DNA from: a virus
Reading direction: 5' to 3' (one strand)
IMG/VR virus record: IMGVR_UViG_3300027747_000967
Span: 1 to 64,000 of that record
Length of the DNA stretch: 64,000 bases
The notes under the pieces are model-generated. The model ran no database searches. It was given only the letters and a program-made list of their open reading frames with translations, and was not told the origin of the DNA. A program made the position numbers and the translations under genes. Below, piece after piece: positions 49,627-59,533 of this stretch (positions are counted from its first letter, which is position 1; the number at the start of each line of letters is the position of its first letter).

Positions 49627-50100
49627 TTAATTACCGTATCCAAATATTTCTTTTTTGTATTCTTCTGACCAATAATCGTAATACTTTGTATTTTGTAACT
49701 TCTCACGAGCTTGGATTAATTTCTCTCTTGGTTGAACAAGTATGATGGGATATTCACCGTTACCTGTATTAACACCATTTATAAAACCGGGATTTGATGG
49801 GTGGTCTTTGAGAAAGATTAAGTCTGGTCTTTTTTTTTGCAATTCTGATATAGTCTCTATTAAATCTCCATCCGTTAAATTTTTCAGTAAATTATAAAAA
49901 ATAACTATTTCAAAATTTTCTAATGATTCAATGTATCTCAGTATGTAGGCTTTACATTCATAAGCAATGCATGACCAATGTATTTGTTTTTCTTCTAACA
50001 CTTTCTTGGCAAATGGACAAATACTAAACCCACCAAGTTCATCCTTTTTCTCAGATATGCGTTGTATCCATTGTATTAAATTTTCTTCCAATTCACCCAC
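49627..50100 (-). CDS. Hypothetical protein (DUF1415-like)
   Basis: ICPFAK, DHP, L....YYDYW. Confidence 0.55.
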   Translation of the reverse strand: MGELEENLIQWIQRISEKKDELGGFSICPFAKKVLEEKQIHWSCIAYECKAYILRYIESLENFEIVIFYNLLKNLTDGDLIETISELQKKRPDLIFLKDHPSNPGFINGVNTGNGEYPIILVQPREKLIQAREKLQNTKYYDYWSEEYKKEIFGYGN

Positions 50101-51083
50101 TCCATTTTAGCTCTGAGATTTACAAATGTATTTTTACTTATAATATCTTGGATTTCATCAGGAGAAAAACCATTTATAACCATATCATTAATATCTTTAT
50201 CTTGCATGAACTCAGGCCATATTACAACATTAAAATGATTATCTATTGCGTGTTCTAATTTTTGAACAATTTGTTTATTACGAGGTTCATTATCAAATAC
50301 AAGAACTACTTTACTTCTATCTAATACATTAACAATTGATTCTAAATTAGCATCAGCAGTAGCCACCGCATTGTCTAGGAACATGGAGTCAATAGGACCT
50401 TCCACTACATATACTTTTTTATCCTGGTCTATCCTATCGAGTCCGAATACTTTATGATTATCGTCATGTAACTTGATAGTGATATATCTCAGTTTACTTT
50501 CACCGAGAGCCCTACCTTGTACCGCCACCAGATTTTTGTTTTCGTCAAAGAAGGGAATAACGAGCCGCTGGTCATTTTTTTGCAATGACTCTTTTTCAAT
50601 CCCAAGATTTTGTATGAAGGTTGAGAAATCTGGCGCAAAGTATAATTGCGAGTGAAAGTCCTCAGGAATCCGTCTCTGCAGAACATAGTTCTTAGCAAAA
50701 TGCGCCTCTGGTAACGATTGTATTGATTCCAGTTGTATCTTTTCTTTGAAGGTTGGTTTTTCTTTCGCTTCAGAAAAGTCTGGTCTAGGCGTGTTCGCAT
50801 TATTTGTTCCATCTTTATATCTCTCCAACTGGTATTCTTTTAATAAAGATTCATCTACACTCTTTAACAAATTATAAAAGGTAGTAGATGCGCCACAATT
50901 ATGGCACATATAGAAGTAATCATCCTTCTTGCGAAAGACAAAGCCTCTTGCTTTAGTTTTATTTTTTTGAGAATCTCCACAAAGAGGACACCTAAAGTTA
51001 TACAAGTCAGGTTTCTTTTGTGTAAACCTACTCAATTTAGGTGACATACGGAGAAGAAAAGTTCGGTCAATATATATACTCAT
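50076..51083 (-). CDS. 61: DNA primase (gp61)
   Basis: NFRCPLCGDS..CHNC Zn finger, QGRAL, VEGPIDSMF, DNEPRN, KDINDM. Confidence 0.97.
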   Translation of the reverse strand: MSIYIDRTFLLRMSPKLSRFTQKKPDLYNFRCPLCGDSQKNKTKARGFVFRKKDDYFYMCHNCGASTTFYNLLKSVDESLLKEYQLERYKDGTNNANTPRPDFSEAKEKPTFKEKIQLESIQSLPEAHFAKNYVLQRRIPEDFHSQLYFAPDFSTFIQNLGIEKESLQKNDQRLVIPFFDENKNLVAVQGRALGESKLRYITIKLHDDNHKVFGLDRIDQDKKVYVVEGPIDSMFLDNAVATADANLESIVNVLDRSKVVLVFDNEPRNKQIVQKLEHAIDNHFNVVIWPEFMQDKDINDMVINGFSPDEIQDIISKNTFVNLRAKMEWVNWKKI

Positions 51084-51109
51084 AATATGACCAGTATACT
51101 ACAAAAATA

Positions 51110-51538
51110 TTACTTTGTCAAGTGACCAGTTAGGTATTGTAAGCCGTTAGTAATCAGCCACGTTATGGTAATTACCCCACCTACAATCATCCATTTCCAT
51201 TGTAGAATTTTATTCAACTGGTCTTTTTCTTCTTTGTTATGATACATCATATCATTTCTTAAAGATTTCAATTCTTCCATTAATCTTAATTCGGTACTTT
51301 GAACTTTATCCAATACCGTATCAATCCTATCGTGGATTTCTTTAATGTCGGCATCAGTTTCTAATCTACGCTTGTCCATGTCTTTGTATATTTGTGTAAG
51401 GTTTCTGTCGTTTTGTTCTACCAATTTTTGAATAACAACATCCATTTTACCACATAATGTAGTAATAGAAACCACTTGTTCTTTAAGAACACCCACATCA
51501 ACTCTAGTTTGTAAAAAATCTTTATCGTCAATCGCCAT
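51110..51538 (-). CDS. Coiled-coil protein with C-terminal TM segment
   Basis: Heptad pattern then WKWMIVGGVITITWLI. Confidence 0.65.
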   Translation of the reverse strand: MAIDDKDFLQTRVDVGVLKEQVVSITTLCGKMDVVIQKLVEQNDRNLTQIYKDMDKRRLETDADIKEIHDRIDTVLDKVQSTELRLMEELKSLRNDMMYHNKEEKDQLNKILQWKWMIVGGVITITWLITNGLQYLTGHLTK

Positions 51539-51565
51539 TTTATTATTCTTCTATATTATATGTTA

Positions 51566-51808
51566 TTATTTATTGGTATTAGTTTCAGTAGGTTCAGTAT
51601 CTCTTTTAGCATATATCGCTACACCATGTGCACCAGCAATTACTGCGCTTGCTTGAGCAAAATCAGTTAAAGAAAATGTTACTTGGTGAAATGCATTCCA
51701 TGCCGATCCAGCAACAACAGCTAATAAAGATATTAACCATGCCCATCTTGCTAAATCATGTGTCTGTCCATCTTTGCCAGTCAATAATTGTTTTAAAATA
51801 TCAGGCAC
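51566..51808 (-). CDS. Putative holin
   Basis: 80 aa, two hydrophobic segments, coupled to the endolysin. Confidence 0.6.
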   Translation of the reverse strand: MPDILKQLLTGKDGQTHDLARWAWLISLLAVVAGSAWNAFHQVTFSLTDFAQASAVIAGAHGVAIYAKRDTEPTETNTNK

Positions 51809-52427
51809 TTTTTTCTCCTACTATACCTAACGCTAATGTAAAATGATTTCTTCTATCAATAAGTCCATTAGTACCACCGTTAATAACTTGACTTACTTTA
51901 TCAATACCTTGCGTATCGATTACAGAATTCAGGTTGCGTGTTTTCCAAAACCAACAAGCACTTTCTAATGCACCTTTAGGAGTTTCTAGGTATTTTACAA
52001 CTTCATCTAAGGTCATATTTTTTGTTTTTGCAAACTGTTCGTAATTTGCTTTGCCTGTCAACTGAAACACACCACGACCACGGAATTTATAACCTTCGCC
52101 GCTTGCTTCTGTACCGTTACCCATACGATTCGAATAAACTTTATTGGCAATCTTTTCTGGTTGCTTAGCAAATGGCACAGCAGATTGTAATGTAGGGAAA
52201 TAACGACCAAAAACTTTATTCAATCCTTGTGCTGTGTAATATAAGTTTTCAGATAACACGGAAAAATTACCAGACTCATGTTGACATTGAGCAATAAAAG
52301 CAGCTATTCTTTTCGGTGTATTAATTTCATACAATGGAAAAAGTTCAGTCATCGCTTGATACCAAACATCCAGTAAAACATTAGCTGGCATTATTTTTCG
52401 TAATTGTTCTTTTGTTATAGTTGTCAT
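51801..52427 (-). CDS. GH19 endolysin
   Basis: AAFIAQCQHES, ENL.Y, RMGNG, RGRG..QLTG..NY, INGG.NGL.DR. Confidence 0.92.
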   Translation of the reverse strand: MTTITKEQLRKIMPANVLLDVWYQAMTELFPLYEINTPKRIAAFIAQCQHESGNFSVLSENLYYTAQGLNKVFGRYFPTLQSAVPFAKQPEKIANKVYSNRMGNGTEASGEGYKFRGRGVFQLTGKANYEQFAKTKNMTLDEVVKYLETPKGALESACWFWKTRNLNSVIDTQGIDKVSQVINGGTNGLIDRRNHFTLALGIVGEKSA

Positions 52428-53014
52428 TATTCTACCTTGTCAAAGAATTCTTTGTTTTTCTTATACCATTCTTGCCATGCTTTTAATTTATCTACTTGTT
52501 TGTAGTAGGTTGCATAGTTTTCGGTGATTGTTTCAAGCAATTCAGGCACTTCAACATTGGAGGTTCCTGTAATAGTTCCGATGGCGCTGTCGGGAACGGA
52601 GTTTTGACTGGAACTGTCGTGCAAGCTGACAGCAGTATTAGAGAGCTTGCAAGTATCATGCACATATTTTTTAATCTCTTTAATTGTTTCATTTTTCTTT
52701 CCTTCAATAATACTGGTTTTATAATTTAACGCTTCTTGTAATCTTTCATTTAAATCTGCTGACTTTTGTTCTGCTAGTGCGACTTTTTGTTCCTGCTCTT
52801 TTACTTTTGCTTGCCATGATTCATTGTTTGCAATTGAACCTTCTGAATATAAAGCAAAAGCTAAAACAAGTATTGAAATAATTTGTATTGGTGTTTTATA
52901 TTGACTAACGAAAGGTACCATGCCTAAAAAGAAGCTTGTTAAAATACCTACTACTGATATTAATAGTAATATATGAAAAATAACACTTGGTATATAATTA
53001 ATCAACCAAAACAT
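52427..53014 (-). CDS. Inner-membrane spanin (Rz-like)
   Basis: N-terminal TM segments, coiled coil; carries an embedded lipoprotein gene. Confidence 0.7.
   Translation of the reverse strand: MFWLINYIPSVIFHILLLISVVGILTSFFLGMVPFVSQYKTPIQIISILVLAFALYSEGSIANNESWQAKVKEQEQKVALAEQKSADLNERLQEALNYKTSIIEGKKNETIKEIKKYVHDTCKLSNTAVSLHDSSSQNSVPDSAIGTITGTSNVEVPELLETITENYATYYKQVDKLKAWQEWYKKNKEFFDKVE
52492..52692 (-). CDS. Outer-membrane spanin lipoprotein (Rz1-like), fully embedded
   Basis: MKQLKRLKNMCMILASSLILLSAC lipobox, Pro-rich mature part, GAAGGA RBS. Confidence 0.7.
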   Translation of the reverse strand: MKQLKRLKNMCMILASSLILLSACTTVPVKTPFPTAPSELLQEPPMLKCLNCLKQSPKTMQPTTNK

Positions 53015-53226
53015 TTACGCCTCTATTTTTATCCAACCATCGTTTGAAAATTCGTATGCTGCTGTTTGTTTTACATCTATTTTTAATTCAGAAAATTCTT
53101 CTTGTAACCATTTTGCTAATGATAAATTATCTAATCCTAAAACTTTCACAAATATCTTATCATTAACTTTTAAAATTTCTGGTTGTAATTGAAACTTTTC
53201 TTCTATACGACTTTTAATACTATCCA

Positions 53227-54021
53227 TCAATTACGTTTACCCATAATCATCATAATTGGATTACGTTTTTTTCTATTTTTTGGTACACCTGGTTCTCCAC
53301 CCTTACCACCTGTACCGGCAATTGCACCTCCACCGACAACATTAGTTGGTGCAACAGCCATAGCATCTTCTTCTATCCTATTTATTTCCTCAAAAGTTTT
53401 AAATAAAGCAATTATTTCTTCATTTACTTTTGTTGTTGAACCATCGCCTGATACATGGTGAGCGTGAAATTCTGTATTAGGATGATTATTTTTTAACTTC
53501 AGAAAATGATGTAAATTTGTTTTACTATCATCATACATATGTGCATCTTTATATTTGTGCTTTTTAATATAACCATGTATCACTACTGCTTTCTTTTCAG
53601 CAGGCAGACCTTCTCTATTGAGATTACCAGCTCTAATGACATGAATTTTTTTCATATCAATGCCGTGTTTTTTGAATGTATGTAAAAATTTATTCTTATC
53701 ATCAAAGTTTGCTCTTGCGGTATTGAAGATAACGTGATTCTTTTTGTCTTTAGATAAATCTTTAACCTTTTTTATCATCTTATGAATAGGATGAGATTCA
53801 TCATGGAATTTTTGCGCAGAACGGAATTCACTAAAATCGTAATGGTGACCATGTTTCAAATGATGGTCATTGAATTCTTGATTATTTAAAGATTCAACGT
53901 GCTTGTTATTCTTATCTTTAACATGAATTTTTGCATTAGTGTGTAATAAAGTATCATCAATGTCAAAAACATGAAGTGATTTTTTTTTATTATCGTCTAA
54001 GTGCTGTTTAAAAGTTTTCAT
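53227..54021 (-). CDS. HAD-family phosphatase with capsid-targeting-like N-terminus (start trimmed)
   Basis: MKTFKQHL; FDIDDTL, TAR, K, YDDS..NL. Confidence 0.75.
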   Translation of the reverse strand: MKTFKQHLDDNKKKSLHVFDIDDTLLHTNAKIHVKDKNNKHVESLNNQEFNDHHLKHGHHYDFSEFRSAQKFHDESHPIHKMIKKVKDLSKDKKNHVIFNTARANFDDKNKFLHTFKKHGIDMKKIHVIRAGNLNREGLPAEKKAVVIHGYIKKHKYKDAHMYDDSKTNLHHFLKLKNNHPNTEFHAHHVSGDGSTTKVNEEIIALFKTFEEINRIEEDAMAVAPTNVVGGGAIAGTGGKGGEPGVPKNRKKRNPIMMIMGKRN

Positions 54022-54509
54022 TAATCGCCACCTGAAGATCCGCCACCCCAATAACCACTAGAACCACCATAATAAGTAGATGAATCTGAAGAACCACCAT
54101 AACCGCTGTGTGGTTCGTATTTTGGTTTCATCATTTTTGCAAAAGAACTCTTAACTTTTTTAATTAAAGGATGCTCATGATGCCAATGCGTTAAGTGTTT
54201 ATCCAATTCTTCTTTAGTTTTGCCTTCACCTGTTTTTAAACTATCTTTATGTTGTACTAAATGAGACCTATTAGAATCGGTTTCGTTTGTGTGTGTTGTC
54301 CAGTGTCCTGTTTTTTGGTCTACTGACGCATAATGTTTTTCACCTGTTTTAGGATGTGTTTTGGTGAAATTGTGTTTTTCACCAAACGTATTTTTGTTGG
54401 TAATTTTGTGAAATTTATACCCATGTTTTTCTAATGTGGGTTTAACTGAATCTATTTTGTCATTGATTGACTCAAATAATTCGGACCTTAAAGTTTTAAA
54501 TGTTTTCAT
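54021..54509 (-). CDS. Putative internal head protein, His/Lys-rich
   Basis: MKTFKTLRSELFE N-terminus; Gly/Ser tail. Confidence 0.55.
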   Translation of the reverse strand: MKTFKTLRSELFESINDKIDSVKPTLEKHGYKFHKITNKNTFGEKHNFTKTHPKTGEKHYASVDQKTGHWTTHTNETDSNRSHLVQHKDSLKTGEGKTKEELDKHLTHWHHEHPLIKKVKSSFAKMMKPKYEPHSGYGGSSDSSTYYGGSSGYWGGGSSGGD

Positions 54510-54892
54510 ATTTCTAGTAATATTTTTGCTACATTTGGATCCAAAGGTATGTCATATGAGGATATATTATTTCCATTAATTCCATAAACCATTTCAGGCA
54601 TTAAATTTAAATAACATAAAAATGTTTTTAATACATCATAATCTTTTTCATCAATCTTAAAAAATAATATTCTTGGTGTTGCATCAGGACCAAAAACATT
54701 ATTTAATAAGATGATGTGATTCAATATCAATCGTTCTTTTAATGATTTAGTCACCTTATATCTACGAAACAATCGCTTTAGATATTTGGTTCTTTTTAAA
54801 TCATTTTCAAATTCAGACATAATGCAATTTGGTGAATCGTACCACTTCATCGCATATATCAAAAAGTTTTCTTCATTCAAGTCACTAATCAT
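54506..54892 (-). CDS. Conserved T4-like hypothetical protein
   Basis: NFLIYAMK.Y..P.C..EF..DLKR.KY.KRL..ERLILNH. Confidence 0.75.
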   Translation of the reverse strand: MISDLNEENFLIYAMKWYDSPNCIMSEFENDLKRTKYLKRLFRRYKVTKSLKERLILNHIILLNNVFGPDATPRILFFKIDEKDYDVLKTFLCYLNLMPEMVYGINGNNISSYDIPLDPNVAKILLEI

Positions 54893-54923
54893 ATTTTTTA
54901 TCGTTTAATACGATATTCTTTTA

Positions 54924-55550
54924 TTATAAACCACCGTAAATTGCGTTGGCAGAAGTATTAGCAGAACTTGTATTTGAAGCCGTAGCATTTGCTAAACATA
55001 CTAAAGTTTCTTTGAGGAAACGAATAGTACCATCACTATTAATCTTTCTCGTAATTAAATTCCAACCTTGATTAACACTACCTAAGAAAGTATTGGCTAC
55101 CGTACTTCCTTGCGGATTTGATGTACCTTGCGTATTAGCTAGACGAGTTGATGTTACTAAAATTGTATCGGAAAAATTGTTTTGTGTATAAGGGTTGTTA
55201 AAAGTAATATTTGAATCTATTTCTAACATTATACCTGTATTAACGTTACCGATAACTGGATTTAATAAAACAATATTATTACCAGAAACTCTTAAAACTT
55301 GATTGTTTGACTTAAAGAAACTCGCTGTACCTCCAACGGCAACGTTAGTGCCATAAACACTCATACCAGCAGTTACACCCAAGTTAGCTACGTTGCTACC
55401 TGGTGTTCCATCGGTATATGTAACGGTAATTACAGTATTTCCTAGTAAAGCAGTATTAGCTACTGTAAATTGTTGTAGTTCTCTTGTTTGACGCAAAAAA
55501 CCAAATTTTGGTTTGTTATTTGCGGAATCTGTATTTCCCCATGTTGGCAT
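54924..55550 (-). CDS. Virion structural protein
   Basis: MPTWGNTD..GW..R...ETLV; Asn/Thr-rich; GGAG RBS; GATAAATA late-like box upstream. Confidence 0.6.
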   Translation of the reverse strand: MPTWGNTDSANNKPKFGFLRQTRELQQFTVANTALLGNTVITVTYTDGTPGSNVANLGVTAGMSVYGTNVAVGGTASFFKSNNQVLRVSGNNIVLLNPVIGNVNTGIMLEIDSNITFNNPYTQNNFSDTILVTSTRLANTQGTSNPQGSTVANTFLGSVNQGWNLITRKINSDGTIRFLKETLVCLANATASNTSSANTSANAIYGGL

Positions 55551-55587
55551 TTTTTTCTCCTTGAATTAGCCTCAGTTAGTTATATTC

Positions 55588-56898
55588 TTATTTATCTTTC
55601 TTCTTATCTTCTTTTTTACCGTCTTTTTTATCATCCTTCTTTGTTACATCAGGCTGATTTGGACGGTTTCTCATCAATGGATCCAACTCAACCGTATCTC
55701 TTGGTTGTCCCGTTAATGTTTTACCACCAGTTAATATTGCGGCCGCAGATGGTTTTTTCTCTCCACCTTCATCTTTTTCAGCTTTCTCAAATTTAGGTTT
55801 CTTACCGTATGTTACCACCGACTTATCTGCTTTCTCGTGGTCATACATTTCTTCTTTGAGTTTCTTATGTATTGACTTAACTCTCTGTGCGGTTGTCATC
55901 TTCTCAGCAATACCTTCACCAGGTGACATAACGGATGGGTCAGCAGCCTTAGCATCCGCAAAAGTTTCCTCTTTCATTTTTATATTCTTAATAGGCTCAT
56001 GTTTTTCAACAGCAGATAATTTATACTTACGATAAGCATCAGTTCTCAATAAATCATGTGCTTGTGAAACAGCATCATCATCATTTTTAGCAGTAATTAA
56101 AGCCATACTTGCCCATTTATTTGTTTTTGGGTCGTCAAAGTGTGCAGCGTGTGTAATATTTGCTTCATCCAACTCAACATCTTCTTTAGACATTCTATCC
56201 ATAACTCTGTGCAACCCATTTTCACGATTATTAGCTTTCCTTGATAAAGTATTTTGATATTGTTTTTCTCTATCCTTATCATCAAGCGGAGGTCTTTTAG
56301 AGAAATCATTAATCATACCTAAATCTTGCATTGATTTTGCAGCATAAGAAGCTTGAGTTTTTTTGGAAATCTCATCAATCTGTTCAACTTCTTCTTTATT
56401 CAAATTGGATTTAATTTTATCCATCATCGCTTTCATTTGTTCGCCATGAGGTTTATCTTTAATACTATCCATAAACTTTTTATGCTCTTGGCTTCTTTCA
56501 TATGCAGCCTTTGCAAATTTTTCTTTGGCTGTTTTTCTTGCTTCTTGTATTCTAGTTTTAGTAGATTTAACAGGAGCAGTTTTAATTTCAGTATGTGCGG
56601 ACGTTCTGGATTTTAAATTTTTTAATCTTTCGGGTGTAGCATTGTCATCAACGGATTCTATTTGATGACTTTGTTGCCAGGATCTATACGCTGGAGATTT
56701 AGAAATAGATATCTTAGTGTCTCTTGCAACAAACTTAGGATTCATACCTTTTGATTTAAGGTATGCATCTAAACCTGCACTTTCTTCCAATTCATTTTCT
56801 GCAATATTTGCTTTTGCTGACCATGGATCCATAGGGTTTACTCCAAAAGTAGGCCTTGACGGCTGAGGATTAATCTTAACTGTTTCTTTCTTTTTCAT
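55588..56898 (-). CDS. Putative internal head polyprotein with acidic linkers
   Basis: ELEE, EEVEQIDE and EDVELDE linkers between basic modules. Confidence 0.55.
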   Translation of the reverse strand: MKKKETVKINPQPSRPTFGVNPMDPWSAKANIAENELEESAGLDAYLKSKGMNPKFVARDTKISISKSPAYRSWQQSHQIESVDDNATPERLKNLKSRTSAHTEIKTAPVKSTKTRIQEARKTAKEKFAKAAYERSQEHKKFMDSIKDKPHGEQMKAMMDKIKSNLNKEEVEQIDEISKKTQASYAAKSMQDLGMINDFSKRPPLDDKDREKQYQNTLSRKANNRENGLHRVMDRMSKEDVELDEANITHAAHFDDPKTNKWASMALITAKNDDDAVSQAHDLLRTDAYRKYKLSAVEKHEPIKNIKMKEETFADAKAADPSVMSPGEGIAEKMTTAQRVKSIHKKLKEEMYDHEKADKSVVTYGKKPKFEKAEKDEGGEKKPSAAAILTGGKTLTGQPRDTVELDPLMRNRPNQPDVTKKDDKKDGKKEDKKKDK

Positions 56899-57830
56899 TA
56901 CATAGTATCTTTTTTAATCTTCTTAAAAGATTTTTTTGCTAAGTCTTTTGCACGACTCATTGGTGTATGTGTTGCACCAGACTTATCTTTTACATTAACA
57001 GCTACTTTTTTCCATGGAGTTTCTTCTCTCCATTTACCAGTATCTTCCTCTTTAGCTTGAACAACTTTGGAAGCAAATGTATCAATTTCTTTATTACGTT
57101 GTTTTACTTCTTTAGAACGAATATGTTTTAATTCTGGTTTAACTTCTTCGTTTTTAACTTGCTTGTCTTTAGAAAAATAAGTATGTGGAGGAGTTGTTAA
57201 TTTATCATCTAACTTAATATCTACAGGACCAGGGTTTGTTGAAACTTTTTGTTTTTCTTTTGTATCTACACCTTGGTCAACTACTTCAGGTTTAACTTCT
57301 CTTTCGCTTGTTTTTAAATCTACCTTATAACTTCTAAAAGAATTTAATTTAGCAAACTTGCCATCTCTGACACGACCACGGAGCATATCTACTGTCAATA
57401 AATCTGCATCAGGATCTTTTTCTATACCAACTGCTTCATCCATTTCAACTTCTTCTTTCATCTTACCTGAACCAAAGTATTGACGACCTTTCATTAAATC
57501 TTTAACGGTCTTTTTACGGTCAACAACATCAGCCATCTTTTTTGTTGGTGTAGTCTTTTTGTATGTAGCATCACCTTCTTCTAAATCTACTTCTTCTTTA
57601 GCCAATCTATCCATAACTCTGTGTAAACCTTTTTGACGGTTATAGGATGCTCTTGTTAAATTGTCAATAGTTTTTTCTTTTTCGTGGTCGGGATGTATCG
57701 TGCCGTACATTTTTTGTTGTTGTAAAGCGCTTCTTACATGAGTAGTTTTGGCTAAATCTTGCATTGAGTTGCGAGCATAAGAAGCTTGAGTTTTTTTAGA
57801 AATCTCATCAATCTGTTCAACTTCTTCTTT
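56341..57830. repeat. 57-bp direct repeat shared by two adjacent genes (56341-56397 and 57774-57830)
   Basis: 56 of 57 bases identical by eye; extra shared 18-mer at 56194-56211 and 57606-57623. Confidence 0.9.
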
Positions 57831-58508
57831 TTCATTTAATACAAATTCATATGAACCATTCCATGTATCAGAAGAATCTTCTTTCATCGCTTGCTTTGTA
57901 GCAGTAGCATACATGACATTCTTATAGTTTTTACCATAACGCTGTTTGAAACCTGCCAAGCCTTTTTTCATTGACATAACAATCTTCTCACGCTTCTTCA
58001 TTTGAGCGTCAGTCATTTCTTCACCCATATTATTATCTGTAAATACTGGTTCAGTACCTGTCGCTTTGTTTTCTTTAATATGTGTCAATAACTTATTTGC
58101 AAAAGAATCTTCACCAATTTTCTTTAATTCTTTTTTAGTTGGTGCTTTGATACCTTTTAAATCTTTTTTACTTGGACCTTTTTCAAAAGGATTTTTATGT
58201 TGCACTTCATGTGCCTTTTTTGAACCATATCCAGAACCACCAAGAACTTTAGTACCTGTTGCAGTAGGAAGTTTTAATGAAGCTTCACTTGCGATTTCAA
58301 TTGATTCTTTGTGAGATTTAGCAGTAACAGGATATTTTTTACCTTGAAACTCGAAGTGTGATTGATTTGCTCTCTTAGCGGCATGAGCAGCCTTATGAAA
58401 ACCAGTTTCATCTAATTCTGGTTCAAGTAACATTCTCTTTTTTTCTTCTTCTAATACTTGATTAACTGCATCAATCATAGACTGGCTTATTTTATCTTTT
58501 GCAAACAT
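56898..58508 (-). CDS. Putative internal head polyprotein with acidic linkers
   Basis: ELDE, EEVEQIDE, EEVDLEE and EEVEMDE linkers. Confidence 0.55.
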   Translation of the reverse strand: MFAKDKISQSMIDAVNQVLEEEKKRMLLEPELDETGFHKAAHAAKRANQSHFEFQGKKYPVTAKSHKESIEIASEASLKLPTATGTKVLGGSGYGSKKAHEVQHKNPFEKGPSKKDLKGIKAPTKKELKKIGEDSFANKLLTHIKENKATGTEPVFTDNNMGEEMTDAQMKKREKIVMSMKKGLAGFKQRYGKNYKNVMYATATKQAMKEDSSDTWNGSYEFVLNEKEEVEQIDEISKKTQASYARNSMQDLAKTTHVRSALQQQKMYGTIHPDHEKEKTIDNLTRASYNRQKGLHRVMDRLAKEEVDLEEGDATYKKTTPTKKMADVVDRKKTVKDLMKGRQYFGSGKMKEEVEMDEAVGIEKDPDADLLTVDMLRGRVRDGKFAKLNSFRSYKVDLKTSEREVKPEVVDQGVDTKEKQKVSTNPGPVDIKLDDKLTTPPHTYFSKDKQVKNEEVKPELKHIRSKEVKQRNKEIDTFASKVVQAKEEDTGKWREETPWKKVAVNVKDKSGATHTPMSRAKDLAKKSFKKIKKDTM

Positions 58509-58522
58509 TTTATTCTCCTATT

Positions 58523-59533
58523 TTATCTGCATTTCCACTTGCGTAATGCGAGTGCTTTTCTTGTTGGTTCACCATTTGGTTTCTTCATTGCACCAGGCAT
58601 ACCACCCATCCTAGCACAAAATGACTTTCTACGCTTAGCTGCTTTACTTCCTGGTTTTACTTTACCTGTAACTGCTTTCTTTAATGTAGAACCTGGATTT
58701 TCTCTACGATATGATGCAATACCTTTTGCATTTAGTCCGCCTGTAGGATTCTTACCTTCTTTTCTACGCCAAGCGGCAGTCTCGTATAATTCTTCGTCTG
58801 AAACATCTTCAAGGTTTTCCCAAAGAATTTCAGGATCAATATTACTTTCTTCTGCAATACCGTTAACAACTTCTTCTAAAATGTCAAACAATTCTTCAAC
58901 ATCATATTCTTCAACTTCTTCATCAATATCTTCAGCCGTCCATTTATAATAACTGTGTTTATTTAAATGAGCAAGGGCTTCTTTATGTTTGCCAGCAGCT
59001 ACTAGATTTCCCACAGCTCTAGCATGGCTCACAGGAACATTATCACCTCCATGACCCCGTGGAAATATATTAGCTGGATGAAGTGCAGAGCGTTCACCAT
59101 GCACTTCATGATATAGTTTACCATTGTTTTTACCGACATTAAAGTGATAATGGTTTTTTGATTGGTCCTGCGCATGAAAAGATGCCAGTCTTGTTTCAAC
59201 CAATTTTTCAACTTCTTCTTTCATTTGCACAACAGAATGTAATTTATCTTGTTTACCATCTTTACGTTCTAATCTATTACCTTGAGCGTGTTTCTTTGCA
59301 GCATCTAAATTTCTATGAGTGAAATCCATATAATGCGTTACTTCATTGGTATCAGGATCGTGATAAGTTGCACGAAATTTATATGGATAGTGTTTTGCTT
59401 CTTCTAATTCAACTTCTTCTTCTTTTACACAAGAACCTTTTGAAAATGCTTTTTTACCAGGAACAGGTTTGTATCCTGACCAGCATCTACCTTTTTCTTC
59501 TAAGTATTCTTTAAATTCTTTAAATGTTCTCAT
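58523..59533 (-). CDS. Putative internal head polyprotein with conserved basic C-terminal domain (DUF6321-like)
   Basis: MRTFKEFKEYLEE; CWSGYK..CVK; AAWRRKEGKNPTGGLN..RRKSFCARM..LRKWKC. Confidence 0.65.
   Translation of the reverse strand: MRTFKEFKEYLEEKGRCWSGYKPVPGKKAFSKGSCVKEEEVELEEAKHYPYKFRATYHDPDTNEVTHYMDFTHRNLDAAKKHAQGNRLERKDGKQDKLHSVVQMKEEVEKLVETRLASFHAQDQSKNHYHFNVGKNNGKLYHEVHGERSALHPANIFPRGHGGDNVPVSHARAVGNLVAAGKHKEALAHLNKHSYYKWTAEDIDEEVEEYDVEELFDILEEVVNGIAEESNIDPEILWENLEDVSDEELYETAAWRRKEGKNPTGGLNAKGIASYRRENPGSTLKKAVTGKVKPGSKAAKRRKSFCARMGGMPGAMKKPNGEPTRKALALRKWKCR

Noticed and set aside
56341-57830. Diversity-generating retroelement template/variable repeat pair
   Set aside because: No reverse transcriptase in the window, only one mismatch, and both copies are mid-gene
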